This document shows positions 51,860 to 63,747 of a stretch of 64,000 nucleotides of DNA, one piece after another. Position 1 is the first letter of the stretch. Each line of letters begins with the position of its first letter. A program made the translations under genes and the position numbers. Origin of the DNA: Mobula hypostoma (Eukaryota); contig NC_086097.1 of assembly GCF_963921235.1 (NCBI RefSeq), forward strand, positions 22,198,001 through 22,262,000, written 5' to 3'. The notes under the pieces are model-generated. The model was not told the DNA's origin and did no database searches. It was given only the letters and a program-made list of their open reading frames with translations.

Positions 51860-53400
51860 GATATACATTTGTAGATTACTGATCCCAAAGGAAATTAGAG
51901 TATCAGAGTAGCATTACAAGTGCACAGATTTACAAATATACAAATATTAGAAGAGAATTAAGAAAGAATAAAACAATAGTTTATCTCAAACAGTCTAACA
52001 GGAGGGGGTCATCACTTCCCTGGCTATAGATTGACTCATTATAGAGCCTAGTGGTCAAGGGTAAGAATGACCTCATATAGCGTTCTTTATAGCAGCCTGG
52101 TTGTCTTAGCCTATTACTAAAAGTGCTCCTCTGTTCAGCCACAGTGGCATGCAGAGGGTGAGAAACATTGTCCAGAATTGCCACGATTTTCAGTAGGGTC
52201 CTTTGTTCTACCACAATCTCCATTTTGTCCAGTTTGACTTCTGTAACAGGGCCAGCCTTTCTAATCAGTTTATTGAGCCTGTTGGCATCACCCATGTTGA
52301 TGCCATTGCCCCAGCACACCATCATATGGCAATAACAGACTGGTAGAACATGTGAAAGAGAGGCCTGCATACTCCAAAGGACATCAATCTCCTCAGGAAG
52401 TTAAGGTGACTCTGGCCCTTGTACACAGCCTCTCAATTCTGTGAGGTGGTACTCCACTAAATTCTGTCATCCAGGTGCACCCCTAGGTTCTTGTAGGTCC
52501 TCACCACCTCCACATCTTCACCAGGGAGCAGTGCAGGCTTAGTCTCTCTGAAGTCCATCACCATCTCCTTTGTCTTACTGATGCTGAGCTGCAGATGATT
52601 CAGCTTGCACCATTTGACATTCATCCTCCTTTCCTCCCTTTCACACCCAACTATTGCTAAGTCATCAGAGATTTTCTGCAGATGACATGACTCAGTGTTG
52701 TATCTAAGGTCCGAGGTGTACATGGGAAACCGGGAGGGAGCCAATACAATCCCCTGTGGGGCCCCAGTGCTGCTTATGGCCCTGTATGACACAGCTTTGA
52801 TGCTGGACAAACTGGTCTGCCAGTCAGGTAGTCCATTATTCAGGATACAATGGAAGTGCTAACCTGCATTGAAAAGAGTTTTTCCCCCAGCAATGAGGGC
52901 TATATGGTATTGAAGGCACTCGAGAAATCAAAAAACACGATCCTCACAGTACTGCCCTGCTTATCCAAATAGGAGTCGGTTCTGTTCAGCAGGTAGATGA
53001 TAGCATGCGCTCCTGGTAGGCAAACAGCGGGGGATTGAGGGCTGATCTGACCAGTGGTCAGAGGTGAGCCAGGACCACCCTCTCCAGAGTCTTAATGATG
53101 TGTGAAGTCAGGGCCACTGGGTGGTAGTCATTCAAGACTTTTGGCTGGACCTTTTTGGTTACTGGGACCATAAATGATGTTTTCCACACAGTCAGGACCG
53201 TTTCCAGGCTGAGACTTGGATTGAACATGCACTGGAGAATTCCACACGGCTGCTCAGCACAATCCGTCAGGACCCTGGGGTTCACACCATCTAGTCTCAA
53301 TGCTTTGCCATGTCTGACTTTCCCCAGAGCCCCTCTCACCTGCTCAGTAGTGAAGGTGAGTCCATGATGATAGGGGAGTTGGTGGAAGGTGGGAGCTGGA
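51860..53400 (-). mobile_element. Rex1/Babar LINE, RT to 3' end, decayed
   Basis: ORFs 53058-53339 (WKTS..VP..LNDYHPVALTSHIIKTLER), 52457-52810 (STGAPQG..SDD..KTKEM) and 51981-52370. Confidence 0.9.
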
Positions 53401-53954
53401 GGAGGTGAAGATTAGGACGATAGCAGTTGGTATGTGGAGGTGTAGATGGTAGGTGCAGGGCAAGGATATATCCCTGTTGAACCTTACAAATTTTTATCAC
53501 CATATCATTGAAAGCATTCTGTCTGGCTGCACCACAGCTTGGTACAGCAATTGCTCAGTACGTGGTCACAAGAAACTGCAGAGAGTTGTGGATGCAGCTC
53601 AGCACATTACAGGGAAGCATGGACTCTGTGTAAACTTCCCGTGGTTTCTGTAAAGCAGTGCTCCCAGCACCAAACCTTTGAGGAACACCCCTTTTCTATC
53701 ACCCTTGAATCAACCATTTATTACAGCTCACTGCATTCCCTCCTGAAGCCGGTGTTATCTAAGCTGAGAGAAACCCTTCCATTTGATGATATTTTGAATT
53801 GAGACCCTGCATCAAGACCATGCACCTGTAACAGGAGATCCATAGAACGCAGAACAGTACAGCACATGATGCTGTGCTGACCTTTTAACCCATCCAAGAT
53901 CAATCTAACATTTCCCTCCATTTTTCTTTCAGCTAGGTACCAATCTAAAAGTTT

Positions 53955-54250
53955 CAAGTGTTGTTCCTCCACCCTGAGGGTGGCTTCATCTTGGGACAAG
54001 AGGAGGCTATAGATCCCACTCATCGGAATGGGAACTGGAATCGTAATTAAAATGTTTGGCCACTGGGAAGTCCCTCTTGTGGAGAAGGTTGCCAAAGGTG
54101 CTTGACGAACTGGTTCCCAAATTTGCAATGGATCTCACCAATGTAGAAGAGGACAAATTAGGAGCACGAGACATGATAGACGGTCCCCAACAAACTTGCA
54201 GGTGAAGTGTTGCCTTGCCTGGCAGGACTCCGGATGGAGATGAGGGAAGA
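53955..54250 (-). mobile_element. Degenerate Neptune-type PLE endonuclease fragment
   Basis: DFPVAKHFN..QDEATLRVEEQHL. Confidence 0.7.
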
Positions 54251-54444
54251 GGGATGCTTGCAGGGATAAGTGCCTGGAGGGACTTCTCTGTTGTGCAATC
54301 AAAAAATTCACTTTGTAAATTCATTGATGGTATATGTTTTGTAAATCCATTCTGACTCAGCTTAATTAACCCAAACCTCTGGAACGTAGATCCCTGATTC
54401 TGTTTTCTAAAACCATATTCATCACAGTTTTTAAACTAGCCACC

Positions 54445-54920
54445 AAGATGACCTGGGAATTGGGTCAGTTGGCATTTACAGGATTCCTTGTGAATATGGA
54501 GCAGGCAATGTTGGCTAAATGGGACGCACAGTGGAAACCCGCATCAAGGAGCACAGGCAGTGTACCCGTTTTGGTTACCAGAGAAATCACAACAACAGAA
54601 CATTGGACTCCCAATGGCTATAGGATTGACCTCAAAAGGCACAAAACTACTGTGCCATGCCAATGGCTTTGGGGACTGCTTGGTAAAGGAAGCCATTGAA
54701 ATAAATCTAGAGGAAAAATATTTTAACAAAGACAAAGGTCTCGCTTTAAGTAAGAACTGGAATTCAATTATAAATGAGGTGGGAGAGCAGAAATCTGATT
54801 GGATGAGGACTAACCAACCAGGAGGGACGGACTACAGGGGTAGACATGCCCAGGATTCATCCCTGAAGAAGAAACATCAATACCTGCACCCAGCTGGAAA
54901 GCCTGAAGTTTTTATTCGCA
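54445..54920 (+). mobile_element. Penelope/Poseidon-type PLE: GIY-YIG endonuclease and 3' end
   Basis: DDLGIGSVGIYRIPCEYG..*MGRTVETRIKEH, then LVKEAIEI..FNKDKGLALSKNW; hammerhead remnant CTGAAGA-A-GAAACATC at 54863-54878. Confidence 0.8.
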
Positions 54921-54940
54921 ACCAACCTGTAACTGGAAGG

Positions 54941-56250
54941 CCACACACACCAAAGTTTCTGGTGGACGCAGCAGGCCAGGCAGCTTCTCTAGGAAGAGGT
55001 ACAGTTGACGTTTCAGGCTGAGACCCTTCGTCAGGACTAACTGAAGGAAGAGTAAGTAAGAGATTTGAAAGTGGGAGGGGGAAGGGGAGATCCAAAATGA
55101 TAGGAGAAGACAGGAGGGGGAGGGATGGAGCCAAGAGCTGGACAGGTGATTGGCAAAAGGGATATGAGAGGATCATGGGACAGGAGGCCCATGGAGAAGG
55201 AAAGGGGGGGGGGAACCAAGGATGGGCAAGGAGTATAGTCAGAGGGAGAAAAAGGAGAGAGAGAGTGTTTACATAAATAATGGATGGGGTACAAGGGGGA
55301 GGTGGGGCATTAGCAGAAGTTAGAGAAGTTGATGTTCATGCCATCAGGTTGGAGGCTACCCAGACAGAATATAAGGTGTTGTTCCTCCAACCTGAGTGTG
55401 GCTTCATCTTTACAGTAGAGGAGGCCGTGGATAGACATGTCAGAATGGGATGTGGAATTAAAATGTGTGGCCACTGGGAGATCCTGCTTTCCCTGGCGGA
55501 CAGAGTGTAGGTGTTCAGCAAAACGATCTCCCAGTCTGTGTCGGGTCTTGCCAATATATATATATATATATATATATAGAAGGCCACATCGGGAGAACTG
55601 GACGCAGTATATCACCCCAGCCAACTCGCAGGTGAAGTGTCGCCTCACCTGGAAGGACTGTCTGGGGCCCTGAATGGTGGTAAGGGAGGAAGTGTAAGGG
55701 CATGTGTAGCACTTGTTCCGCTTACAAGGATAAGTGCCAGGAGGGAGATCAGTGGGGAAGGATGGGGGGTATGAATGGACAAGGGAGTCGCGTAGGGAGA
55801 GGCTGGTGGGGTGGTAGGTGAGGACAAGGGGAATCCTATTCCTAGTGGGGTGATGGGAGGATGGAGTGAGAGCAGATGTGTGTGAAATGGGGGAGCTGCG
55901 CTTGAGAGCAGAGTTGATGGTGGAGGAAGGGAAGCCCCTTTCTTTTTATATATTTTTTAAAAAAAAAAGGACATCTCCCTCGTCCTGGAATGAAAAGCCT
56001 CATCCTGAGAGCAGATGCGGTGGAGACGGAGGAATTGCAAGAAGGGGATGGCATTTTTGCAAGAGACAGGATGAGAAGAGGAATAGTCCAGATAGCTGTG
56101 AGAGTCAGTAGGCTTATAGTAGACATCAGCAGATAAGCTGTCTCCAGAGACAGACAGAAAGATCTAGAAAAGGGAGGGAGGTGTCTGAAATGGACCAGGT
56201 AAACTTGAGGGCAGGGTGAAAGTTGGAGACAAAGTTAATAAAGTCAATGA
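54941..56250 (-). mobile_element. Neptune-type PLE, left (inverted) arm: RT C-terminus/thumb, Cys cluster, GIY-YIG, UTR
   Basis: FINFVSNFHPALKFT..LPFLD; YYKPTDSHSYL; GVIYCV..LLYI(YI)nG; (TA)n expansion at about 55554-55577; internal deletion at about 55799. Confidence 0.93.
55002..55043 (-). ncRNA. Minimal hammerhead ribozyme motif, core intact
   Basis: - strand CAGTTAGTC-CTGACGA-AGGGTCTCAGCCT-GAAA-CG-TC-AACTG with palindromic ACGT stem III. Confidence 0.75.
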
Positions 56251-56252
56251 GG

Positions 56253-57492
56253 AATTCCTCCATCTCCGCCACATCTGCTCTCAGGATGAGCCTTTTCATT
56301 CCAGGACAAGGGAGATGTCCTTTTTTTTTAAAAGAAAAGGGCTTCCCTTCCTCCACCATCAACTCTGCTCTCATACGCATCTCCCCCATTTCATGCACAT
56401 CTGCTCTCACTCCATCCTCCCATCACCCCACTAGGAATAGGGTTCCCCTGGTCCTCACCTACCACCCCAGCAGCCTCCGGGTCCAACATATTATTCTCCG
56501 TAACTTCCGCCACCTCCAACGGGATCCCACTACTAAGCACATCTTTCCCTCTTCTCCCCCGCCCCCCCCACCTTCTGCTTTCTGCAGGGATTGCTCCCTA
56601 CGCGACTCCCTTGTCCATTCATCCCCCCCATCGCTCCCCACTGATCTCCCTCCTGGCACTTATCCTTGTAAGCGGAACAAGTGCTACACATGCCCTTACA
56701 CTTCCTCCCTTACCACCATTCAGGGTCCCAGACAGTCCTTCCAGGTGAGGCGACACTTCACCTGTGAGTTGGCTGGGGTGATATACTGTGTCCGGTGCTC
56801 CCGATATGGCCTTCTATATATTGGCGAGACCCAACGCAGACTGGGAGATTGTTTTGCTGAACACCTACATTCTGTCCGCCAGAGAAAGCAGCATCTCCCA
56901 GTGGCCACACATTTTAATTTCACATGCCATTCCCATTCTGATATGTCTATCCACGGCCTCATCTACTGTAAAGATGAAGCCACACTCAGGTTGGAAGAAC
57001 AACACCTCATATTCCGTCTGGGTAGCCTCCAACCTGATGGCATGAACATTGACTTCTCAAACTTCCGCTAATGCCCCACCTCCTCCTCATACCCCATCCG
57101 TTATTTATATACAACATTCTTTCTCTCTCTCTCCTGTTTCTCCCTCTGTCCCTCTCACTATACCCCTTACCCATCCTCTGGGTTTCCCCCCTCCCCCTTT
57201 TCCTGCCCCCTGGGCCTCCTGTCCCATGATCCCCTCATATCCCTTTTGCCAATCACCTGTCCAGCTCTTGGCTCCATCCCTCCCTCTCCTGTCTTCTCCT
57301 ATCATTTTGGATCTCCCCCTCCCACTTTCAAATCCCTTACTAACTCTTCCTTCAGTTAGTCCTGACATAGGGTCTCGGTCCGAAACGTCAACTGTACCTC
57401 TTCCTAGAGATGCTGCCTGGCCTGCTGTGTCCACCAGCAACTTTGATGTATGTGGCTTGAATTTCCAGCATCTGCAGAATTCCTCGTGTTTA
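56253..57492 (+). mobile_element. Neptune-type PLE, right arm: linker, Cys cluster, GIY-YIG, UTR and tail
   Basis: ORF 56223-57071: RVPLVLTYHP, CKRNKCYTC, VIYCVRC..LYIGETQRRL..EH..HF..LEEQHLIFRLGSLQPDGMN. Confidence 0.95.
57352..57394 (+). ncRNA. Hammerhead motif with mutated core (CTGACAT), probably inactive
   Basis: CAGTTAGTC-CTGACAT-AGGGTCTCGGTCC-GAAACGTC-AACTG. Confidence 0.6.
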
Positions 57493-57800
57493 CTGTAACT
57501 GGAAGGGATGTCCTCATATGATTGCTTCAACAAAGGGGGTCACATATGCCATTTCCCAATCCACTGGCACCTGTCCTCTTATGTGGGGAATATTGGAAAG
57601 ATACAGTCCTTCCAGTATCTCCACACCCTTTATTAAGTTGAGATCCATACCAGGTGACTGACCATCGCCAAGAACTGGAACTCTTTCCAGTACAATCTTC
57701 CAATCAGATTGCACCTCATCGATTGTTCCCACCATTTCTAATTCTATTTGTACTTTATTGACATCCTGTTCCTTAGTAAACAACAATATGAAGTTCCATT
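57493..57800 (-). mobile_element. Old CR1 fragment, the target of the PLE insertion
   Basis: ORF 57514-57786: FTKE..SPG..GQVPVDWEMAYVTPF. Confidence 0.6.
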
Positions 57801-57967
57801 AATATTCATGGCTTGCCCTGCACCTCTAGGCATTTATCACCATTTTTATCCCAAACGCATCCTACCCTACCTTCTACTGTTCTATTCCAACCAATTTTAA
57901 TTATTATACAGTTATTCATCCCAAAGTATTACCAGGATTTGAAAAGTTTCACTAGGTTTATACCCAT

Positions 57968-58081
57968 TTCAGAATCAGGCTTGATATCACCATCAGATGT
58001 AGTGAAATTTGTTAAATTAGTGGCAACAGTACAATGAAATACATGATAATATAGAAAAAATAAGTAGATCAATTACAGTAA

Positions 58082-58116
<35 letters not shown>

Positions 58117-59000
58117 ATGTATTAAATAGTTAAATTGAAAATAGTGCCAAAACAAATAATATTTAAAAAAAAAAAAATGAGGTGGTGTTCATAGGTTCAA
58201 TATCCAATTAGGAATCAAATGGCAGAGGGGAAGAAGCTGTTCCTCAATCACTGAGTGTGTGCCTCCAGGCTTCTGTACCTCCTTCCTGATGATAACAATG
58301 AGGAGAGGGCACATCCTTGGTGATGGGGGTCCTTTATAATGGACACTGCCTTTCTGAGGCACCGCTCCTTGAAGATGTCTTGGTTACAATGGAGGCCAGT
58401 ATGCAAGATGGAACTAGCTAATTTTACAACTTTTTGTAGCTTCTTTCGATCCTGTGCAGTAGTCTCCTCCCCCCCCCCCACCCATATCAGACAGTGATGC
58501 AACCTGTAAGAGTGCTCTCCACAGTACATCTGTAGATGTTTTCAAGTGTTTTAGGTGACAATCCAAAGCTTCTCAAACTCCTAATGAAATATAGCAACTG
58601 GCTTGCCTCCTTTACAGGGGCATTGATGTGTTAGGACCAGGTTAGATCCTCAAGAGATACTGATACCCAGTACATTGAAAATACTCGCTCTCCCCACTTC
58701 TGATCTCTCTGAGGCATGTGTTCCCTCATCTTACCCTTTCTGAAATCCACAATCAGTTCTTTGCTCTTACTGACATTGAGTGCAAGGTTGTTTTTGAGAC
58801 ACCGCTCAACTAGCTGGTATATCTTGTTCCTGTACGCCCTCTTGTCACCATCTGGGATTCTACCAACAATGCTTATATTATCAGCAAATTTATAGTTGGC
58901 TTTTGAGCTGTGCCTCCACACAGTCATAGGTATAGGGAGAATCGAGCATTGGGCTAGACTCACATCCCTGAGGTGCACCAGTGTTATTCATCAGCGAGGA
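57968..59000 (-). mobile_element. Rex1/Babar LINE 3' half
   Basis: YKFADN..LALNVSKSKELIVDFRK; IIKDPHH..LSSGRRYRS; (TCAGAA)n tail; (TA)n at 58089-58115. Confidence 0.88.
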
Positions 59001-59889
59001 GGAGAGATTATTACTAATCCACACAGATTGTGGTCTGGCATTTATGCCAGAGGCACTTGCTTTTACCTGGGAATTTTCTCTCCTTAAAAGTTCAAAGTAC
59101 TTATACTATATACAACCTTGAAATTTATCTTCTTACAGGCAGCCACAAAACAAAGAAACCCAACTGAACCCATTGAAGACCATCAAACACCCAATGTGCA
59201 GGAAAAAAAAACAAATTGTACAAACAATAAAAGTAAGCAAATAAACCAAAGTTCCTTAATAGCATCAGCATCATCTGTACTGTGAATGTTTTGGGTAACC
59301 TGTTCCCTAGCCCCGTTTCACTCTCAATTGTATAACTTCTGGGATTTGAAACTTCTCTGTTATTAACATTTTGCTTGGTCAAAATTGTAATTGATTTTTC
59401 CAAATAGCAAGGTTTCATTGTTGTCCTTGGACACAAAGATTTAATTTGATTTAAATAAATGAGTCAGCCACTGTCTACAGCCATCAACAGCTGCATAACA
59501 TATAAAAGTAATGCATTGCTGAGCATTACCAATGGCAATTTGATTATTTTTACCAGCCTCTGTTGAAACTGTTCTGAAGCAGAGAGCCACAATAGCATAG
59601 CAATTAGCACAATGTGGTCTAAAATCCAATGCAGGGACTGCAGCAAATATTACGTCAGCTAAACAAGGAGAAAACTATCTGAGGATCCATGAGCATCAAT
59701 TGGCTGTGCAGTGGCATGACCAACTCTCTCTAGTCTCTAGCCATGGAGATCAAGAGGGGCACCAATTCAACAGGCATCAGTGGAAGTCATGATGCAAGCA
59801 AACACGTGGCATGGAAATGAAATCCTAGATGCACGATTTTCCACAAACAGTTCTGTAAACAGCCATGTAGACTCCAACGTGTAGACTTG

Positions 59890-60022
59890 TGTTCTGCTGA
59901 AGGGTCTTGGCCTGAAACATCGACTGTACTCTTTTCTCAAAATGCTGCCTGGCCTGCTGAGTTTCTCCAGCATTTTGTGCATTTTGTTTGGATTTCCAGC
60001 ATCTGCAGATTTTCTCTTGTTT
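59890..60022 (+). mobile_element. PLE tail with degenerate hammerhead
   Basis: CTGCTGA-AGGGTCTTGGCCT-GAAACATC-GACTG, then GCTGAGTTTCTCCAGCATTTTG..CCAGCATCTGCAG. Confidence 0.7.
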
Positions 60023-60649
60023 GCCCAGACCCCAATCCTACTTATAAGCCAATGTGGGCAAAATTCCTGACTACAACATAGAGTTCACCACGCAACCAAT
60101 CAGCAACGTGACCCCTTCCCTACATCACAATTGAGTTTCCATGATGACCAATCAGCTGATTGAAAATAATATAAAGGATAAGCATTCATAGGACGTACCA
60201 CAAGTCAACAGCACACTGATAATATCTCCTCGTATGGTGATGAAATGTTAGCAAGTAAATCACCAAGATCAGGGAACGACTCAACCCAACCAATTAGCAC
60301 AATGCTTCACAGCACCAGTAATCAGTTTTCAACTCCTGCCGTTGTCTGTAAGGCATTTGTATGCTTTCCCTGCGACTATGTGGGTTTCCTTTGTGTGCTC
60401 CAGTTCCCTCCAACATTTGAGAAAGATGTACGGGTTAGCCTTAGTGAGTTGTAGGCATGCCATGTTGGTGCCAGAGGCATGGTGACACTTGCGGGCTGCC
60501 CCCAGCACATTCTCGCACTGCGTTGGACATTGCCACAAACAACACACTTCTCGGCCCTCTCCATAGATGTCTAACCTGCTGAATTTCTCCAGCATTTTAT
60601 GTGTCACTGCATGCTTCGACGTACATATGACATATAAGCAAAAACGTGT

Positions 60650-63475
60650 CAGCCAACATCCCAGAATGAGTACTCGGGGAGTGTGCACACCAGCTCATTG
60701 ACGTCTTCTCAGACATCTTCAGCATTTTGCTCATCCAGGCTGCTGTCCCACATGCTTCAAATCAGCCCCCTTCATCCCTGTAGCAAAGAACTCTACACAT
60801 TTAGAACTAATTGGCTACCACCCTGGTGGCACTAACACCAATCCTCATGGTGTGCTTTGAATGGCTTGTAATGGAACATATCAAAAACTCAATTCCTGAC
60901 ACATTGGACACTCACTGATATGTTTACTGACAGAACCATTCTATGACAGGTGCCATAGCACCTGTCATGCACCAAGCCTTTAACACACCTAGAAAGCACG
61001 AACACTTAGGTCATAAAGACAAGATGGTGCCAGTGAATCATGGCAATCTGTTGTGGGCTGCTTATAAAACTTCTAAATATACCTCTTCTGAATTACACTC
61101 ACTGCAATCTGCAACCTATAATTTCCCCTGAAGTAACATAATTTTGAACTACCTTAATGAACTAGCGATTTCATGGTCTTCTGAAAGACTCAGTGAACCG
61201 AATTCTCAAGCATATAGGTACGGCACCCTTAAGCAGAAGAAGGTAGGTACATCATCATAGCTGTAAGAGAAAGGACAGAAAGACCCCAAGCCAGGTAGAA
61301 ATGCCAAGCAAAGAAAGTTCCTATACTCAGCATCTTGTTAGTAAATGTAGGGTTGCTGGAGAACAAGACTGAGCACCTTAGGGCAAAATTGAATTGGAGG
61401 GAAATGAAGAATTGCTGCATTCTGTGTTTCACAGAGACATGGCTCTTTCCGAACATGCTGGATTCAGTGATCAGAACTGAGGGCTTCTCGATATGCTGAG
61501 TGGACTGAACTGCTGATTTGGAGAAATCAAAAGGTGGTGTCTATGGTTCATGATAAACTTTCTGGGTGCTCGTACACAGCGGGCTTTGGTCTTATTGCTC
61601 TCTTAGTCCCGCAACCAGGAACAACTAACAATTATGTGCCAACCATTCTACTTACCAAGAGAGTTCTCGTCTGTGACCCTGACTGCAGTTTACATACCAC
61701 CAAAAGCCAAAGTTAATCAGGCATTAAAGTATTGAATACTACCATCACTGAACAGGGAACAGTCCAGCCCGATGCATTTCAAATCATAGTTGGGGACTTC
61801 AATCAGGCTTGTTTGAAGAAATCTCTGCACAATTATCATCAGGATTTAATCTGCAGCATCAAGGGTCCCAGTTTGCTAGATCACCGCTATACTACGTTTA
61901 GGAATGCCTACCGTTCCATACCTAGACTGCAATTTGGGAAATCCTTCAGGAGGGTGAACCCATAGAAAGCATTTGGCCCATATAGGGGACTTGACCGAGT
62001 AATAAAGACCAGTGCTGATCAACTGGCTGGAGTGTTCACTAATATCTTTAACCTCTCACTTCAACAGTCTGAGGTATCCACCTGCTTTAAGCATCTGGCC
62101 AGCAAAGGTGCATACGTCAAGATGTTCTTTATCAAGTACAGCCTGGCATTCAAAACTATTACCCCTCAAAACTAATTAATAAGCTTCAAGAACTTGCCTC
62201 AATACCTCCTTCTGCAATTGGATTCTCAATTTCCTCACTTGCTGACCCTAGTCAGCTTGTATTGGCAACAACATCTCCTCCCACAAAGTTCATCAGCATA
62301 GGTACACCACAAGGCTGTGTGTTTTGCCCCCTGCTCCTATTTGCTTTACACTTATGACTGTGAGGCTAAGCACAGCTCCAATGCCATATTTAAGTTTGCT
62401 GATGACACCACTGTCGTTGGCTGAATCAAAAGTGGTGATGATTCAGCATAAAGGAGGGAGATTGAAAATCTGGTTGATTGGAGCTACAACAACAACCTTT
62501 CATTCAATGTCATTGAGACCAAGGAGATGATTATTGACCAGGAGAGGGAAATTAGAGGTCCATGAGGCAGTCCTCATTAGGGGATCGGAGGTGGAGTGGA
62601 TCAGGAACTTTAAACTCCTTGCTGTTATTATTTCAGAGGCTCTATCCTGGGCCCAGATATAACTGCAATTGTGAAGAAAACACAGTAGTGCCTCTTCTTC
62701 CTTAGAAATTTGTGAAGGGTTGGCGTGACGTCTAAAACTTCCGGCAAACTTCTATATATGTGTGGTGGAGAGTTTATCGACTGATTGCATCACACCTGGT
62801 GTGAAAACATCAATGCCTTTGAATGGAAAATCTTACAAAAAAATGGCAGATACAGCCTAGTCCATCATGGGTAAAGCCCGTCTACACTGTGGGCTGTGTG
62901 AGTTCGTGAAGCTTCTTCCATGCTTTGACAGTTAAAGTAAGCATCTATTGTCACGATCCCCAGCATCGAGGCCACGCTTTGTTTTTGCTGCTTCCTTCAG
63001 GAAGGAGGTACAGGAGCCTCAGGACCTTCACCACCAGGTTCAGGAGAAGTTATTATCCCTCAAACATCAGGCTCTTGGACCAGAGGTGAACAGTTTCAAA
63101 TTCCTTAGAGCACACATCTCCTACAACCTCTCATGATGTAAAAACTTCCTGATGAGGCTGAACTTTCATCAGGGAGGAGGCTTCATAGCACAAACCAGGA
63201 CCACCGGACTCAAAACTATTTACTTTCCTCATTAACACCTCCAGCCACCACCACTACTTTATAATTTCCTGTCAATCACCTTGCGTGCAAACACTTCTGC
63301 GCCGAGTGTCACTGTTATGGACCTACATACAATCTATCTTGTGCATTTATATTTATTGTGTTCTTTATCTTATAGTGATTTTTTTTGTGCTGTATCAGAT
63401 CCGGAGTAACCATTATTTTGTTCTCCATTACACTTGTGTACTGGAAATGATATTAAGAAATCTTGAATCTTGACT
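60650..63475 (+). mobile_element. Decayed Rex1/Babar LINE segments (RT fragment, 5' UTR, APE endonuclease, RT, tails)
   Basis: AAGATGG head at about 61021; LLVNVGLLENK..CILCFTETWL; IIVGDFNQ..LDHRY; GTPQGCV; FKFADD; (TCTTGAA)n tail at about 63461. Confidence 0.85.
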
Positions 63476-63569
63476 CTGAAGATCATCTTTTAAACTTTAA
63501 TTTACATTGCCTTCATACTTCATTGGATCTGCTGTGCTTCATGAAGCACTGAAAGATTTAAAGTGTAAT

Positions 63570-63747
63570 ACACATAAAAATGCTAGAGGAACTTAGCAGT
63601 CAGGTTGCATCTATGGGAGGAATAAACTGTTGACATTTTGGGCCGAGACCCTACATCAGGACTGGAAAAGAAAGAGGAAGAGCTCCTCCAGCATTTTGTG
63701 TGTGTGTTACTCTGGATTTCCAGCATACTCAGAATCTTGTCTTGATA
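63570..63747. mobile_element. Miniature inverted PLE-tail insertion with 14-bp TSD
   Basis: - arm at 63570-63680 with a decayed hammerhead, + tail arm at 63681-63747; TSD ATTTAAAGT(G/A)TAAT at 63556-63569 and 63748-63761. Confidence 0.7.

Noticed and set aside
56223..57071. 282-aa GIY-YIG ORF as a domesticated nuclease gene
   Set aside because: It starts at a non-ATG codon in the antisense arm, has a frameshifted N-terminal part, and has substitutions at conserved positions (C to Y, R to C) relative to sister copies.
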